From Selaginella moellendorffii (lineage: Eukaryota > Plantae > Lycopodiophyta): a stretch of 64,000 nucleotides of DNA. How positions within the stretch are numbered: position 1 is the first letter of the stretch; each line of letters starts with the position of its first letter. The position numbers and the translations under genes were made by a program. Shown here in pieces: positions 39,501-53,361 of this stretch. The stretch covers positions 728,128 to 792,127 of the forward strand of contig NW_003314268.1 in assembly GCF_000143415.4 (NCBI RefSeq), read 5' to 3'. The notes below the pieces were generated by a model, which was not told where the DNA came from, searched no databases, and saw only the letters and a program-made list of their open reading frames with translations.

Positions 39501-40169
39501 TAAAAGAATCTAGGATGCTAGAACTGCTTGGAAGGATGGGAGCCTCCTGAGGATGATAGAAAGTGTCCCCAAGGACCTATGGAAGTCATCATGTGTCGCT
39601 GATGAATATCTGGTGGTTGAGTGAAGTGTCAATAGTGTCAGAGAATGCTTCGAGTGTTGTAGCAGGAGAAGTTGAGAAGTTGAGAAGTGTTGAGAAGTTG
39701 GGATCCAGCCATGAACCTAAGTTTGGGAAGAGCTGAGATGAGGTGCCAAGTTGGGAGAAACTCCAAGGAAAAGTCGAGATGCTGCTAGAAAACACCTGCC
39801 ACCTTTATGTCATAGTCGTATCCCAAGTGAATAGCAAGGTTGGACTGCAAGTTTGGGGTGAGAAGTGCCACCAAGAGTGTAGTCACTAAGCTAGAAAGTC
39901 AAAAGTGTACTCAAAAGTGTTGATGTAGTCCAATCCATGTTGAAGAAGTCAATCATATTGTAGTCAACAACTTGGATCTCCAACAGCGTGTCATCCTCGA
40001 TAAGTTTCAGGAAAAAAACCTTGAGAGCCTAATCAACTTCAATAATGGAAGAAGCATCCACTTGAGACAAGCTATATGGAAGTAGAGAATGACCATGGGT
40101 ATTGAGAAGAGTTGCTACCATAGATGCTGTCAGTAATCGTTGATTCTCCCTTGGCCCAAGTTGTCATGT

Positions 40170-43100
40170 AGTTGGCTGCAAGGATTGGTCAACTGGAGGC
40201 CAGTGCTCGGACTCTAGCATCGGAGAAGCCAACTCTCAAGAGTCAAATCCAGAAGTTGGATCTCCAAGCAAGTTGAGCAGCACAGGAGGAGGTCACTAAA
40301 GCTATAGACCAGTTAAGTCGAGAGAAGATCGACCTTCTCGAGGACTCGACTCCAAAGATTTGCAACTGTCCAAGACGTGAAAACAGTGCGTGACGACTGT
40401 GTCTCAGGGCTCCAGGCGGAGAAGTCCATCACACTTCATGCGTCTAAACAGGCCAGCAACCAGCCTCCACACTCTTCTAAGTCAAGAGAAGATCAATGGA
40501 TCAAGTTTGACTACACTCTACAGTGTCTGGAGCAAGGAGGGATCTATCTTATCAGCTTTCCAGTCTATGGAGATGAGACAGGAGATGCTGCGGTATAATG
40601 TTCACAGCTTGAAGGAATAGTAGCAAGGGAACGACTGCAACGAGATGGTGATAGTGACAATATGATATAGCTGAAGCTGCTCGTGACAGTGGGGGTATTT
40701 GGATTCACAGAGAGGGCTGCAGAGACTATAAGACAGACTACGCTCGACGTTCTCTGTCATCTGGTAGAGCTCTCTAGTTGACGGAGACTTTGAAAACGGG
40801 TCAGGGCTGTCCAGGAATGCTCGTACAGCTGCTCGGATGAAAGTATCAGTAAAGAACTCAGTGTCAGATTGCTTCAAGGGAAATCAAATCCAAAAGTTGG
40901 AGTGGGAAAACTCGGAGCTGTGGCCAAATATCCAAGCAAGTCGAGCACCACAGTAGCAGGTCACTAAAGCGTCAAGTCTGAGCTAGAGACCAGTCTCCAC
41001 ACTCCAGTCGAGGGAAGATCAACGACTGGAATTGAAAGTTTCGGAAGATGGTGGCCGAGATGGAGAGTCGAAAGCGGCGGTTGACGAGGCTCCAGGCAGA
41101 GGGAAGTGCAGCAGAGTCCATCAAATTTCCGCATCTAAACAGGCTAGAGACCCGCCTCCATACTCTTCTAAGTCAAGAGAAGATCAATGGATCAAGTTGG
41201 GCTACACTCTACAGTGTCTGGAGCAGGAGGAATCTATCTTATCAGCTTTCCAGTGGATGGAGATGATTCAGGAGCGCCTGCTGCGGTAAGGCTGTCCATG
41301 ATAGTAGCGAGGAACGACGTAAACCAGTGTCAGATGGCTGCAAGATGGCGAGAAGACGATATAGCTGAAACTGCTCGTGACTGGGGTTTCGGATGGCTGT
41401 GGAGACTATAAGACAGACTACGCTAGACGTTCTCTGTCATCTGGTGGAATGAGGGAAGTGTTCGGACAGGAGTTCTTGAAGGAGAAGCCCCAGTGGATAA
41501 TGGCTGACGGAGTCGAATCCGCTGCACGAGGTGGAGCTCTCGGCGAGAGCACGTGATGGCGGAGTTTGGAAGCGCAAAGGCGAGGCTGGAGAAGCAAGTA
41601 ACTGGCAGCTGATGGAGAGGATCACGGGACTCGAGGCGCTGGAGGAGAGAGAGACGTGCCAGATGCACAGCGAAGCTTTGGGCGAGGAGCTCTGAAGGAT
41701 GAAGAAGACAAGCCGAGGAGAACCGATGTGAGAGCACATGGAGCGCCGCGCTCCAGAGGTTTGACAGATCAGATGGACGCTACATGCGACAAGAAGGAGC
41801 ATCTGGCTTCGCAGGAAGCTGTGTTTTTGCATGCTTCCGCTCAAGCTTCTCAGCACGATCAAGGCCTGAAGTGGCGGAAGCATTCCCTAACTGCTAGAGG
41901 TTCTAAGCATGTCGAAGAAACGAGAATGGAAGTTCAAGAAGTAACCAGCTCTCGAGAGTCAAATACAGAACAGAGGTGCAAGCCAAGTACTGTCAGCTCG
42001 AGCAGCGCAGGGAAGCAGTAGCAAGCCTCCAAAGCGCCAGAGACCAGTCTCCACACTTCTAAGTCAAGAGAAGATCAACCTCTTCGAGGAGATATCCTCC
42101 CTCGACTCCAAAGTTTCGGAGATATCTTGATCAATCGGGAGATAGCAGATAATTTTGTCAAGATCTGGGCTTCTCAAGCGGAGCTCGCCGAGACGGTGCC
42201 CGAGATCGGAGCAGTCAGCCAGCCGAGTGGAGAAGAGTCCATCAAACGTTGGCGTGGGAACAGCGAGATGAAGGAGAAGATGAGATGCCAAGACGGATCA
42301 AAGACAAAGCTCTCTAGTTGACGGAAACGGGACGAGAGCTTCAATGCTGTCCAGGATCACTCTTACAGGTGCTTGGATGATAGAAGATGATGATGGCAAG
42401 ATGATCTCAAACTCGAAGAAACTGCTTGTGGCGGCGGAGCCAGAGGTTCGGCTTCACAAAGACTGAAAAACGGCTGATGTTCGCCCCTGACATGCGGAGA
42501 CTACAAGAGCTGGAGTGAACTCTAAGACGAAGCAACAGTCATAAAGACAGAAGATCGGACGAGTTTCATGGAACGTGGAAGCTGGTGCAAAGCGATTCAG
42601 AGGTTCAATGGCCACCTTTACAATCGAGAAATGTGGACTGAGGGTACGTAGAGTCATTCGTTTTTTCCTCTTCCATTCATTTCATCCGTGTTGTTAAACA
42701 GAAGAAGCAAGCTGCAGCGACACACAAATTGTGATGGTAGCTCCTTTAGTATCAGCAACAAATCCTATGGTATTTTTTTTGTTTTTTAATTTTCTCCTCT
42801 GGTGGAATATCTTCTGAGCTCCAACTTGGTCCAGATCGTAGGAGGCCGTCTCTTCGAGACTAAATAAATAAAACATCTCAGAGACTACGCTAAGGAGCTG
42901 CTTATTCTGGCCAACTTGTGAGTAAATAACCTTGAGAGATTATGTTTCTTTTCTATTTGGAAAATAGTCTGACTGCCAACTTGGTCCAGATCGTAGCAGG
43001 CCGCCAGAAGAATATGAAAATGAGGGTGGAGCAGGACTTGAAGCAGCGAAAGATAAAACCAGCGTCAGAGATCATAAGAATCGAGCAAGTGGGAATGGAA

Positions 43101-45697
43101 AACTGTAAGATGATTTTAAAACTTGGAGAGAAAGGGAGCAGGCTGAAACAGCTAAGATCGAGCAGCAAAGATTGAGCAGCTTAAAGACGAAAAATTTCTT
43201 AAACCAAGCAGGGGTAGCAGGTTGAAAAATCGAAGTTTTAAGTTCGCCCAGCAGAGTAGGGGCAGCAGCTTCAAAAAGAAAAGTGGAAGCAGCTAAAGAG
43301 CAGTGACAAGTTTGATCGAGCAGCAGAATAGTTCAGACTCGTGATAGTTTTTTTCATATCATTTTCTTTGATTTAGCTGTAAAAACGATGATTTAATGTT
43401 CATAATGTTTGAATCTCTGAAAGGTCCGAGATCCGACTTGCAACAAGATGATACCTAGAGCACGCTAGGGCTTGGCGGCATGGCCGCTTGGCAAGGCATC
43501 CCCCGAAAAACTCGTGAACTTTACCATGTAGGCCGAGTATTTGCAATTTGTAGACTTGTCTCTAACATCGTGGATCTTCTTGTACGTTTGCAAGGATTCC
43601 TGATCAGTTTGTCCCCGTAACTTGATTAGAAAATGGAAAAACAAATCCAGCTCAGGAAAATAAGATCTTACATAGTTTGCTCCAGAGGCATTACCATCAC
43701 ATAGCATGTAAATTTGAACCGACCCGACCAAATGAACGATCTTCAATCCACTGGGAGTTTAGCAACTCCACCTGTGAAATAAAAAGAAGTAAACAAGAAC
43801 CTCCAGTGGTTCTGGGAAAAAGCAAAATCACATGAGACTAGAAGAATTCCAAAGCCTTTGAAGACGTGCACGTTGATAAAGGACGCTTTGCCTTAAATCT
43901 CCTGCTGGACTGTGGGGTAACGATGGTGATAGCGAAGGTGTTCGACTTTCTAGGCACCCAGGCACACGACACCACGACACCACGTTAGAGCAAGAACTCA
44001 GGAGCTAATATGTACGCACCTCCAGTTGTTCCATATGGTATAAAGCCATTTGACTTGGTCTAGAAGGTCATAAGCGGATGAAAAGGGAAAAGGCTTGCCC
44101 ACCTCCTTCCAGACAGTCAAAGTTGTTACTATTGTATGGGAAAAAAACTAAATTTCTGCACGTCGCCACCAATCAAACTTGTAAGATTGCTGTTCGTGAG
44201 CATCAAAGAAAGCTTCAAATTGTGAACGAGAGTCTAAAGGCCATCGCACTTGTAACAATTGGCAAGAGACTTCCCTTCACCTCTGCAATTTCTTGCAGTT
44301 TGATAGATAGATCAGCATTGCAACATTTTACCAGCCTCCACACACAAGCACTCTTTTAGATACTCTTGTATAGGAAATTGATAAGTAGAAACACTTGTCT
44401 TCATTTGGTTATTATAAATAAAAGTTCCTACTAAATACTGATTAAATTGAGAATTGTAATCCAAGTAGAAATTTGATTATTAATTGATTCTTTTTACTCT
44501 TTACATTTGGCCTTTGACATTTTCCTTTATTTAGTTATTATGTTGCAAGTTTATATTTTTATGGGTTCTTAAAATCTATGAAATCAAGAATGCTAATATT
44601 TAAAGAAATTTTTTATTGGTAATAAAGTTTTATTAGTCTCACTATTTTATGTTTTTTGAGAAAATATTATAATTTAATATATATTTAGTTACACACACAC
44701 ACACACACACAATATAAAGTTGTTCTTAAAGTATAACACCAGACTGGTATACAACTACTAAATTTTTTACAATTGCATTAGCTGAGAATAATATATATTT
44801 TATCTAAAAAATATTAAAATAATGATATTTTAAAATTCTCAATATACCAATTAATGTCAAAAACTTTATAGTAATTTTACAATAAAATTAATAAAAAACT
44901 TATATTTTAAATAAATAAAAATGGATTTAAAATTAGATTAAAGATATAGTTTTTTAAAATAGGATATTTATGTGAAGCAAAAACTCCAACAACACCAACA
45001 TGAGTGAGTACAAAGAAGCACTGCTGCCTAAAGATTAAAAATTCCCTACTATAATGTTAATTATCATGGCTATGTAGAGGTTTGTCCTCAACACCGACAT
45101 AATTAGCAATGCCAATATTATTTTCTATCACAACACTCACTTACTCAATTATTCTTTACTTTTCCTAAGGCTTTCTTTTGTATTTTCTCTCCCTCTCCCA
45201 TCAATATTACTATTGTCCTTTAATCCTTTATGGTGGAAAATTGCCCAAGGGATCAAAGAAAAGTTAGATTAACATTGCTGATTGAAATGTTTGGAAAAGT
45301 AAGAAAATCAAAGCCTTTGTGTTTTTAATTGCTTCTTTGTTCTTCATACTTCAACTATAGTTTAGTGTTTTGCCTATAGATGTCATAACTAGAAGAGATC
45401 TTGTAGATGGTATGTGTTCAATATTTTATTTATTGTGTAATGTTTGGTCTTAACACCTAGGTGAATTTGGTGAATTGGCTAGAAAAAAGTCATAGAGTTA
45501 AAAGTCACATGCTTGTATTATAGACTCATGACAATCATGAGGAATTGAGTGCTCTTAGATTTTAGAAAAAACCCCTTGAGGGACTAGTGAGTCCAACCAA
45601 CTTTATTATAAGAGCACTTCTAAATACCAATAGACTAGTGAGTTTGGCCAGCTTGACTAGAAGAACTTGACAAAGATGCTAGAATCTCCAGAACACT
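40170..45697 (-). repeat. Inverted copy 3: block A 1-4542 plus upstream flank 18112-19003
   Basis: 40170-44759 is the reverse complement of 4542..1, and 44760-45697 is the reverse complement of 19003..18112. The same ORFs appear on the opposite strand. Confidence 0.95.
40230..42450 (+). pseudogene. BTB/POZ At3g05675-like remnants, copy 3
   Basis: Inverted duplicate. ORF 42127-42321 carries INREIADNFVKIWASQAELAE. Confidence 0.6.
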
Positions 45698-46789
45698 GAA
45701 AGAATGGAGAGTTCTTTTTAGGAAATTGAGAGAAATCTTGAGTTCTAGGGGTTAGATTCATATTCTTAGAGACCCTAGGACCATTAGGGGTTTTGACTTC
45801 CATGAATCTAGAGTGTAAGTTTAAAGATTTTTCTCGTTCTTGCATTAATTTTCTACATTACTTCTTTCCACTTGGTTTTCTAGTGATTTCTCGTGATTAG
45901 TGTATTGATTTTGGTTTTTCTTTCTTTGGGTCGATGCGACTTGGCATCCTCTTTCCAAAAAGCTAAAGAGCACCTTGTTTTGTGGAGGATTCAATTGCTA
46001 ATTTAATGAAATTTTATCCATCACGCTCTGTTTTTCACGGCAAATTTTCAACACTTTAAGCTCGCGATTTTGGGACTGATTCAAGAATTTCTTTTTCTAG
46101 ACATGTAAATCTAAAGACAAGCTTTTTGGAGAGTCCTTTCTTGGTAGCTAATTCGCTTTAAGCTATGACATGGAGCAGTTTTTCTCTCACAGCGCTTCAT
46201 AGCTCCAACTTGCAAGTTTCTAACTTAATCTTGAGGGAATTTGAGGTGTCATTCTCATGGAAATCATTACGGCCATGTTATTACCTTTTACCAATGTTAA
46301 AAATGAGTGTTTCTTGTACTAGGGAGTGCATTTTCTTTTGTTTTCCTTCTTATTGTCTAGAATTTAATATTTGAATCAGTTTTTTTTTTAGATTTTAGGC
46401 ATTTTAACTCATGGTTTTGGTTTCATTCTCTTGGTTTGAGTATAAAATTTTAAACAAGTCCATCCACACTTATTTTTGTGTGCAAAGTCAAGAGATTTCC
46501 ATGCAAATGTTTTCCTCTTAGGCATTTTGAGTATTGGAGTTTAATTTTTCTTTTTTCCCCCTTTCCTTTGCAAGATTTTTTTTTTTTTTTTGTTGTGAGA
46601 AATTGGCATTTGCAGGAGTGAGAGTGATTTTAGTTGGGAAAATCTACATGAGGATACTCTTTTATTTGGAGTTATCCCATCTAAATACTTTACTCTCACA
46701 CAAGTCAGAGTCCTTAGTGTGTTGTACTTTCCACGACCTGGCATCTGCTGCACACACTTTATGCTAGTTTGCACTTGTTCCAGTTAGAG

Positions 46790-48810
46790 ATGGCAACTAG
46801 CAAACTTCTATACAGTGCCTAGGGTATGGGGACATTTTTCACACCGTCTACAAGAGCTCGATTATCAAACTACTCTTTTTGATGAGGAGGATTCATCATT
46901 CATTACAGATATCGAGTTAAGAAGTCCACCATCCATGGCCCTTCTTGCATAAATCCACATTCTACAGCGAGGCACTGACTTGACATACTTATCTGGCAAT
47001 GGTGACATCTTTGATGTCACTCATTTCAAGCAATATTGCATGTCAAATGGCATCATTGAGGATGATCACAAGCTCTGCAACTTCTTGCAATCGCTCATTG
47101 GCCAAGTAGCAACGTGGGTAGAGACAGTCTTGGAGGTAGATATGGCTAACTACTCCACATTCAAAGCATCTTTCTAAAGTCACTTTGATCAACAGTGATT
47201 AGCAAATCACCTACTCATGGATTTGTTCACTTTTTGGCAAGGAGCATGTGAATCTGTGCTGGAATATGTGATGTGGTTCAAGTTTTACTGGAAGGAGTGT
47301 GTCCAGTGCAAGTTCATCACAAATGAACCTCATGGCATCACTACATTCATCTTTGGCCTCAAGGGAAATCTCAAATGCAAGATGCTTAAGCAAGAGTTTT
47401 GGATGTGTTATGAGGCAATTGCTGTAGTAGAGACTTTGGAGTGGGATCTTCTCCAAGATCTCAGGATTCCTAGGGTAGAGGAGGTTTTCCTCCCACCTTC
47501 AGATGAGAGCTCGTGTGCTACCATGATCCATTCTTCTCCAGCCCCGCACAATGATGATAGAGTTCCCTCAATGATTGAGAAGGCATTGTCGAAGTATGCA
47601 AGAAACAAGGAGATTATCTAGCAGCAACGATAAATGCAAGAGAAGCTACTTGAGGAGCTTAGAGCATGCCGCTTACAGTAGGCAGAGAGACTGAGATGCC
47701 CTCTTCATTCTTGGTACTACTTGCATTGTGATGTTATGATACATAGCATAGAGAGATGTTGGAAGCTTCACTTGGAACTTCGACTACCTTCTGTCCAGCA
47801 TGTTCAACAGTAACTTCTACCAGACAACATATTTCTTCCATGGCTAGAGATAGATACCAGCAACAACTGAAGTAGAAAGCGATTGAAGACACCCCTTTGT
47901 CAAGCCGTGGAAAGACACTAATGCATGTCAACATAGTTTATGTTGTAGAGAACGATTATAAGATGGCTGCTATGACTCAAGGGTGCAAGAAGGTTTCTCC
48001 TTTAGCCCCACATATTGACGGTGAGCAGGATCCAGCTCTAGTTTCTAAAACTTCCCCATCTCTCATGGCATGCAAGTTACCCCATGTTTTAGTATTTGCA
48101 ACCCCACCCACATCCTTGGCCACAACTTCAAATTCAACAACTGGATATTCATCCAACTTTCAATATGGGGTCTCCCAGTTGCCCTCCACTCTTTCTTAAG
48201 TCCCATAAAAGGTTCTTGCTTAGATTGCTGACACTTCAGTCTAGATCACACTCGGTGAGTTTTTGCGATATGTACCTGGTTTTACTCTTTAGCTAGAGGC
48301 TTTTGCCAAGTCCACAGGCATCCTTGTGGAACATTAGCATGACATGCACATCATCAACACTCAAACCACTCATGATCCCGAAGCATTCTTTGTGGAGGTC
48401 CACATCAGCGATAGATCTTTGACAGCACAAGCATTACTTGATTCTAGATCCTAGAGCAACATCATCTCCCTCAACTTCGCACTTTCTAGTGGCTTGGAAG
48501 TGGTGAGAAACACAGCTTTCATCCTCAAAATGTTAGCCAATCACTAAATCGTCCATATAGGCATCTGTTGGGATGTCAAGATCTTGGTTTCCATGCTAAA
48601 TTTCCTTGTTATGGACTTCGAACAGCTAGGATTTGGGAAGCTGAAGGACTCCATTATCTTAGGACGGAATTACATGACAACTTGGGCCAAGGGAGAACGA
48701 ACAATTACCGACAGCATCTATGCAGTAACTCTTCTCAATACCCATGGTTATTCTCTACTTCCATCTAGCTTGTCTCAAGTGGATGCTTCTTCCATCATTG
48801 AAGTTGACTA
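46790..48810 (+). pseudogene. Decayed Ty3/gypsy gag (capsid, CCHC knuckle) and aspartic protease
   Basis: Retrotransposon gag-like ORFs 46980-47621 (FLQSLIGQVATW; WQGACESVLEY; FIFGL), knuckle remnant HCDVMIHSIERCW ~47725-47762, protease ALLDSRS*SNII at 48431 and ILGRNY at ~48655. Confidence 0.85.
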
Positions 48811-51734
48811 GGTTCTTAAGGTTTTTTTCCTTAAACTTATCGAGGATGACACACTGCTGGAGATCTAAGTTGTTGATTGCAATATGATTGACTTCTTCAA
48901 CATGGACTGGACTACATTAACACTTGACTTTTTTGCCATCACTACACAAGTCTAGAGATCCCTTGGCTTTAACAAATCTAGGGATTTCACATCAATTCCT
49001 TCGCTGCAGCATAGTGAGGAATCTGTCCAAGTGGTGGATTCTCCAAGCACTTTTCCAACTCTAGCATTTATATAGTAGTTTTGGAGCTGTTAATGAAATA
49101 AGGTCACAAGGCATCAACAACACTTTGGAGAGTATAATGTTTTCACTCTCTTTGAGTACACTTTTGACTTTCCAACTTAGTGACTACACTCTTGTTGGCA
49201 CTTCTCACCCCAAACCTACAGTCGAGCCTTGCTACTCACTTGGGATACGACTATGATATAAAGGTGGCAGACATTTCCCAGCAGCATCTCAACTTTTCCT
49301 TGGAGTTTCTCCCAACTTGGCACCTCATCTCAGCTCTTCCCAAACTTAGGTTCATGGCTGGATCCCAACTTCAAACTGCTACAACACTCAAAGCATTCTC
49401 CAACACTATTGACACTTCACTCAACCACTAGATTTTCATCAGTGACACATGATGACTTCCATAGGTCCTTGGGGACACTTTCTACCATCCTCAGGAGGCT
49501 CCCATCCTTCCAAGCAGTTCTAGCATCCTAGATTCTCTTACAGTGACATTATTCACCACTTTAGGCATTTTCGATGCAATCTAGCACTTGAGGGTCACTA
49601 AGCCAGTTTCAGCGGCATTCTAGGCCTTCTATAGGATGCCTTGCATCCTCTTGGTGCTTCCATCATCATCACCCATCACAAAAGTTGCTTGCACTACTCA
49701 CTCATTTTTTTTACTTTTTTTGTTTTTTTTGTTTTTCTTTTTGCTCTCACTCTTTTTACATCTTTTTTCAGGCCAAAGAATTATGCGGAGAAAGTCTTTT
49801 TTGATGAACATGCTCTAGCTACATTATTGATTGTATGAAAATTTCTTGACTCTTGTTGATTTGTGCTTCATTTCTTTAGCTTCTTTCGCTACATCAGTTC
49901 CATCCTCATATTTTCATCACTATTCTACATCATCTATACTCTAGAATTCTCTACCACACACTACACATGCCTAATAATATCTTTCACATTTTCCACCATT
50001 CATCATCCATTCATACTAGACATTTGTGGACAACACTTCATCATAAGGGCTCTTCCAGACAAGCAAAAACACAAATCAAGATATTCTCATGCACAATATG
50101 TGAGATATTTGTTGAACTAATCATATACTGCAACTTTCTTTTCTTTAGAACTAATTTCTTCTTCTAGTTGAAAAGCCTGATTGCAAAGGGCATCCAACTG
50201 CTTTCAAAGGTGTGGCTAGCAAAGGCAACACCCTTTTCTTCTAGCTCAAATCATAGGTGAAGCAGTTTGCCACCTTTTGAGCAGTAGTCCAGTAGTTTTT
50301 GGTGTGAGCAGTAGCTATGATTTCACATTTCACTACATCAGATTAGAGCCCATCCTTGGACACACTCAATCATATCATCCATTTACCAAAATCCTCTATC
50401 ATCACTTTCTTCCATTATAATTCATCTTCTATTTCATAGTTACCACCATTAGACAATACAGTCCTTATGCTTTCTTCTTTATTCTCAGCCAAAGTTTTGA
50501 GCATAAACTACATGAGCTTAAGGTTGCATTTGCATATTCACTTTCCAGAGTGTTTGAACTTATTTCCATTTGGTTTTTTTACTCTTTTCTTCTCATTTTT
50601 CCCTCTTTTCCTACTTTCTTGAGTATCTAATTCAACCCCATAGTTTCCCACAAGTTTTGCACTTTAAATTCCTTTCCCATCTTCTATTTTCATCTTTATT
50701 TTATTTTTTATTTCCATCTCTTGTTTTCTTTCCCATTTCTCTTTGTTTCAGCAATTACCCATTCTAGACACTACATTCTAGCACATGGGAGCATCTTAAC
50801 CATGGGTTCTTGTGCACCAAAGTCTTGTGCACCCACCAATAGTTGCTTGTTGTAGCACTACCTCATTGCCACCTTCTCCTTGCATCACATGTTGCAACTA
50901 AAGAAGCAACTCTTACTCCTAACCCTGCTCTTGCCTCGCTCCTACTCCTACTTCTACCCCTATTTTTATTCCTACTCTTACTACTGCTCCTGCTCCCACT
51001 ACTACTCCTACTCCTACTCCCCGGTTGTAGATATGGGTGTCTTGAGAGAGAGGGAGGGGGTATTTTGATTCTTAAAATATTCTAAATGATTGTATAAAAA
51101 TGATGTGAGGGTGAAATATCAAGGGTCCTCCCTATTTTCTCTTGCAATTGAGTTTGAAACTGTGGCTTTGTGAGTTTATATATGAGGGATGGATCCATAG
51201 TTGGGGCTAAAAATGCCCTAATAGATACTCTTTCCACCTTCTGCCTCTGGGTGCCTTAGCCATGTGGCTAGAGCAAAGTTTTGATGAGCCATGCCAGGTA
51301 TCCAAGTAAGTAGTGCCACCCACACTTAGATTGGGAGTATCGACTATTCGAACTCCCGGGGGAGCTAGAGTTGGCTCTTGAATACTTCACGAAGTTACCC
51401 CACTTGTCTATCTATATTCACTTTAATCTTGCACTCCTCAATGGTTATATCATCACCCACCATGTGGGTATAACCTTCCTTAGCCACATTGGCTTTACTA
51501 ACCAAACTAGTTCCACTGAAGTCCTCCCCATACTATCCTTTTAGAGCTCACTTGGGAAATAATTGCTTTGGGATTTCACCTCGGATTCAGACTCAAACTT
51601 GGACTAGGTCTTGGACTCAGTCTGGGTCTCGGCCTCTATCTTGGTCCCAGTCCCGGTCCCCGTCTTGGGCTCCATTTTGGGCTCCATCTCAGACTCCTTC
51701 TTCGACTCTATCTTGGGTCCATCTCGGGTCCATC

Positions 51735-52629
51735 TGTAGCGCACATGAATTTGGAGCTGAACTCCAAGCCCATTGTGCTACGATATGAGGGTCTGGTACA
51801 ATTCCACGAGCATTAACTCCCCGTATCTAGCACCTGCACGCAAAATGGTGTCAGACAAAGTCTGGCACAATTTTGGCATACCGGTGGCCTAACGCAAGGA
51901 GGAGGGTACTCCATCAACTAGAGCAGCGTGGAGCTTGGGCTTAGACCCAAGCCGGACGCAGAACAAATAGTGACACAGCCCAGTAGGAGCCAAATTAATG
52001 TTTCAGGTGGTCGGACATGCATTCCAACCACTATCCCTACTATACATTTGGAACCCCCATATGCTTTGGGCTTTTACCCAAAGCCTCCCTTAGTATCAGG
52101 AGTTAGTCTCTGGGACAAGCTCGAAACTTACTAAATATAGAATGGCGCTAGATTGCGAATTTGGACATGGGATGAACACCATTGTGTTTAGGCTAATCTG
52201 TACATTCCGTAAATATGCCAAATGAGCTAATCTAGACACTTTCTATAAATAGCATTTGGGACCGAAATGAGACCAACACAAAGGGCGTGATAGCGAGGGT
52301 GTTTGGCAGACACGATAAGCTATCATCTAGCGATATTGAGGGACTAGTCTCAATACGCGAGGGTTCTTATCACTAGCAAGTGCAAGACAAAATGAGACGG
52401 AAACTCCTTACCGGGCTAAGTATGCTTAGCTAATAGCACGTAGGAATGCCGTCTTTATGCTCGTCCGGTGTAAGTACACTTGAAATGCCCAGTTAACTCC
52501 ATTAGCATAAAAGGGGCTACTAAAGGGATCCAACTGTACCAATCTCCTGCCATCATGGTAGTAAGGAAAGAGTGTCCGTAAGGACTGGTCGACAAGTATC
52601 TTTCGATACCCGAAGTCACATTCACGACA
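51735..52629 (-). mobile_element. Solo LTR (895 bp), related subfamily, inserted into the 12-bp minisatellite
   Basis: TGT...ACA termini and perfect TSD CCATC (51730-51734 and 52630-52634). Absent from paralogous arrays at 12.3 kb and 37.3 kb. Confidence 0.93.
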
Positions 52630-53261
52630 CCATCTCGGACTCTTTTTTGGACTCCATCTCGCATCTATCTCAAACTCCAATTCAGACTCTATCTTGGACT
52701 CTTTCTTGGACTCCATCTTAGGTCCATCTCGGCCTCAATTCTGACACTTCCACATGTCATATGTTGATCCTCTTGTTTCCCTTTTCTAGAGGCTTGCTTA
52801 TTGATTGCTTTATGCTTATTCTTTGAGCATTTCAATAGGAGTTTCACTGTTGCTCTCAACTTTTCGAGTTAAAGCTTTTAGTCCAAATGTGTTATGCTTG
52901 TTTGGCTTCCACTTCAGCCACTACCATAATGCACCCTCTTGGCTCCACTCTAGATAGCTATTGTTTGAGGATGCAAGAAGAGCAAAGATAGAAAGGTTTT
53001 AATTTCCCTTAAACTACTTAAGTGGTCTAGAGTTTAGGGCTTAAGGATTTGTGTCTCATACAAGTGTAGGTGTTACTACCTACTTGGATACTTAGTATGG
53101 CTTATTGGAACCTCGCTCTAGCCACATGGCTAGGGCACCTAGAGGTAGAAGGTGGGGAGAGTACCCACAAGGTTCGCATAGGGTTACAGTGTTTCGAAAT
53201 ATTATCCTAAAGTCCTAGACTGTAGAAAGGAAAAGGAATAATCCTCTTGTGTGATGACCAA

Positions 53262-53361
53262 NNNNNNNNNNNNNNNNNNNNNNNNNNNNNNNNNNNNNNN
53301 NNNNNNNNNNNNNNNNNNNNNNNNNNNNNNNNNNNNNNNNNNNNNNNNNNNNNNNNNNNNN
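53262..53361. other. Assembly gap (100 N)
   Basis: Run of N. Confidence 1.

Larger units (their letters stand above)
26518..40173 (+). repeat. Block B, copy 2, with internal deletions and a 7.26 kb LTR-element insertion
   Basis: Matches 7030-15472. Lacks ~8455-9800 and ~14990-15225 of copy 1, and is interrupted at 29333-36593. Confidence 0.9.
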
